Source: Chrysomallon squamiferum
Lineage: Eukaryota; Animalia; Mollusca
Length of the DNA stretch: 64,000 nt
Assembly: GCA_012295275.1 (NCBI GenBank)
Contig: CM022678.1
Location: 2,914,001 to 2,978,000 of the forward strand
Reading direction: 5' to 3'
Shown here: positions 63,276 to 64,000 of the stretch, in pieces
Layout of the letters: each line of letters begins with the position of its first letter
Numbering within the stretch: position 1 is the stretch's first letter
Made by a program: the position numbers and the translations under genes
The notes under the pieces: generated by a model
The model's database searches: none
Seen by the model: only the letters and a program-made list of their open reading frames with translations
What the model was told of the DNA's origin: nothing

Positions 63276-64000
63276 ATCAAGTAAATGATGTAAATTAAAG
63301 GTGTGATTGTAGTTATTGAATTTCATGTCCAATTTAGGAAGTATATATTATTGTTTCATTCATAATATGCATGATATTCTATTTTATTAAAAATATACTT
63401 TTCGTGTTATATAACATCTATTAATTTTGTGTTTTTTTGAAATCGTGTATTTGCGTATTTTCGTTTTGATTATATCCGGATGAAAATTGTTATTTACGTA
63501 GCATCCGCGTTAGTTCCTTTAATTGTTTCTGTTTTATTACAATTGTGAAACTAAGTAAATTTCTAATGTTCATGTTTTTATGTGTCTGCGTAAGTACAAA
63601 CATCCGTTGGTAAATATTTTACACGTGAGTGTATCTATTTTGTCGTTATATCTTAGGATATTACTGCAATGATACCTCACGTTTAAACAAAAAATTAAAA
63701 AATTCTGTCTAAAGAATTTCTGTATAAATAGTGCCAGCTTTTTTTTTTTTTTTTTTTTTTTTATCTTAAGATTTCTTTTTTACGTAAAGATATATTATTC
63801 CGCCAAATGCACATAAAGTACAAAAAAACGCACTCACAAAAAAAGCACGTTGTTACTTGAGACCTATCCCAGTATCCCCAGCATGATCTAAAGTCAGTTT
63901 CTCTGCTCTCAGGTTTCATCATTTTACTTACTTATTCATTTCTTTAATTGTATACGTGTTTGTTTAAAATGCTGCATTTGGAAACCTTTATGGATAGACT

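Overview
AT-rich, microsatellite-dense, intron-rich animal genomic DNA; the gene content (ELH/CRH-type precursor, SRCR-ZP protein) suggests a lophotrochozoan, probably a mollusc. Nearly all ORFs in the supplied track are microsatellite artefacts, so I rebuilt the spliced genes by hand from GT-AG sites and phase continuity. In order: (1) CRH/DH44/egg-laying-hormone-type neuropeptide precursor (+); (2) secreted 7-exon HEXXH zinc metallopeptidase of a bacterial-looking lethal-factor/PPEP-like type (-); (3) complete 21-exon MCM3 (-), head-to-head with (4) LACTB2 (+); (5) BTB-BACK-PHR protein (-); (6) small orphan gene (-); (7) 4xSRCR + ZP DMBT1-like gene with an apparent 1-nt frameshift (-), probably head-to-head with (8) a secreted Gly-rich/discoidin-domain gene (+) that is incomplete in the window. 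Several MITE-like elements, a tRNA-derived SINE head and minisatellites are also present. The most notable observations are a second, cryptic DH44-like helix in the neuropeptide precursor, possible ancient CRH-LACTB2-MCM3 linkage, an inverted CRE/YY1 module pair downstream of the neuropeptide gene, and two minisatellites that amplify splice sites. All family assignments come from remembered motifs; no database search was run.
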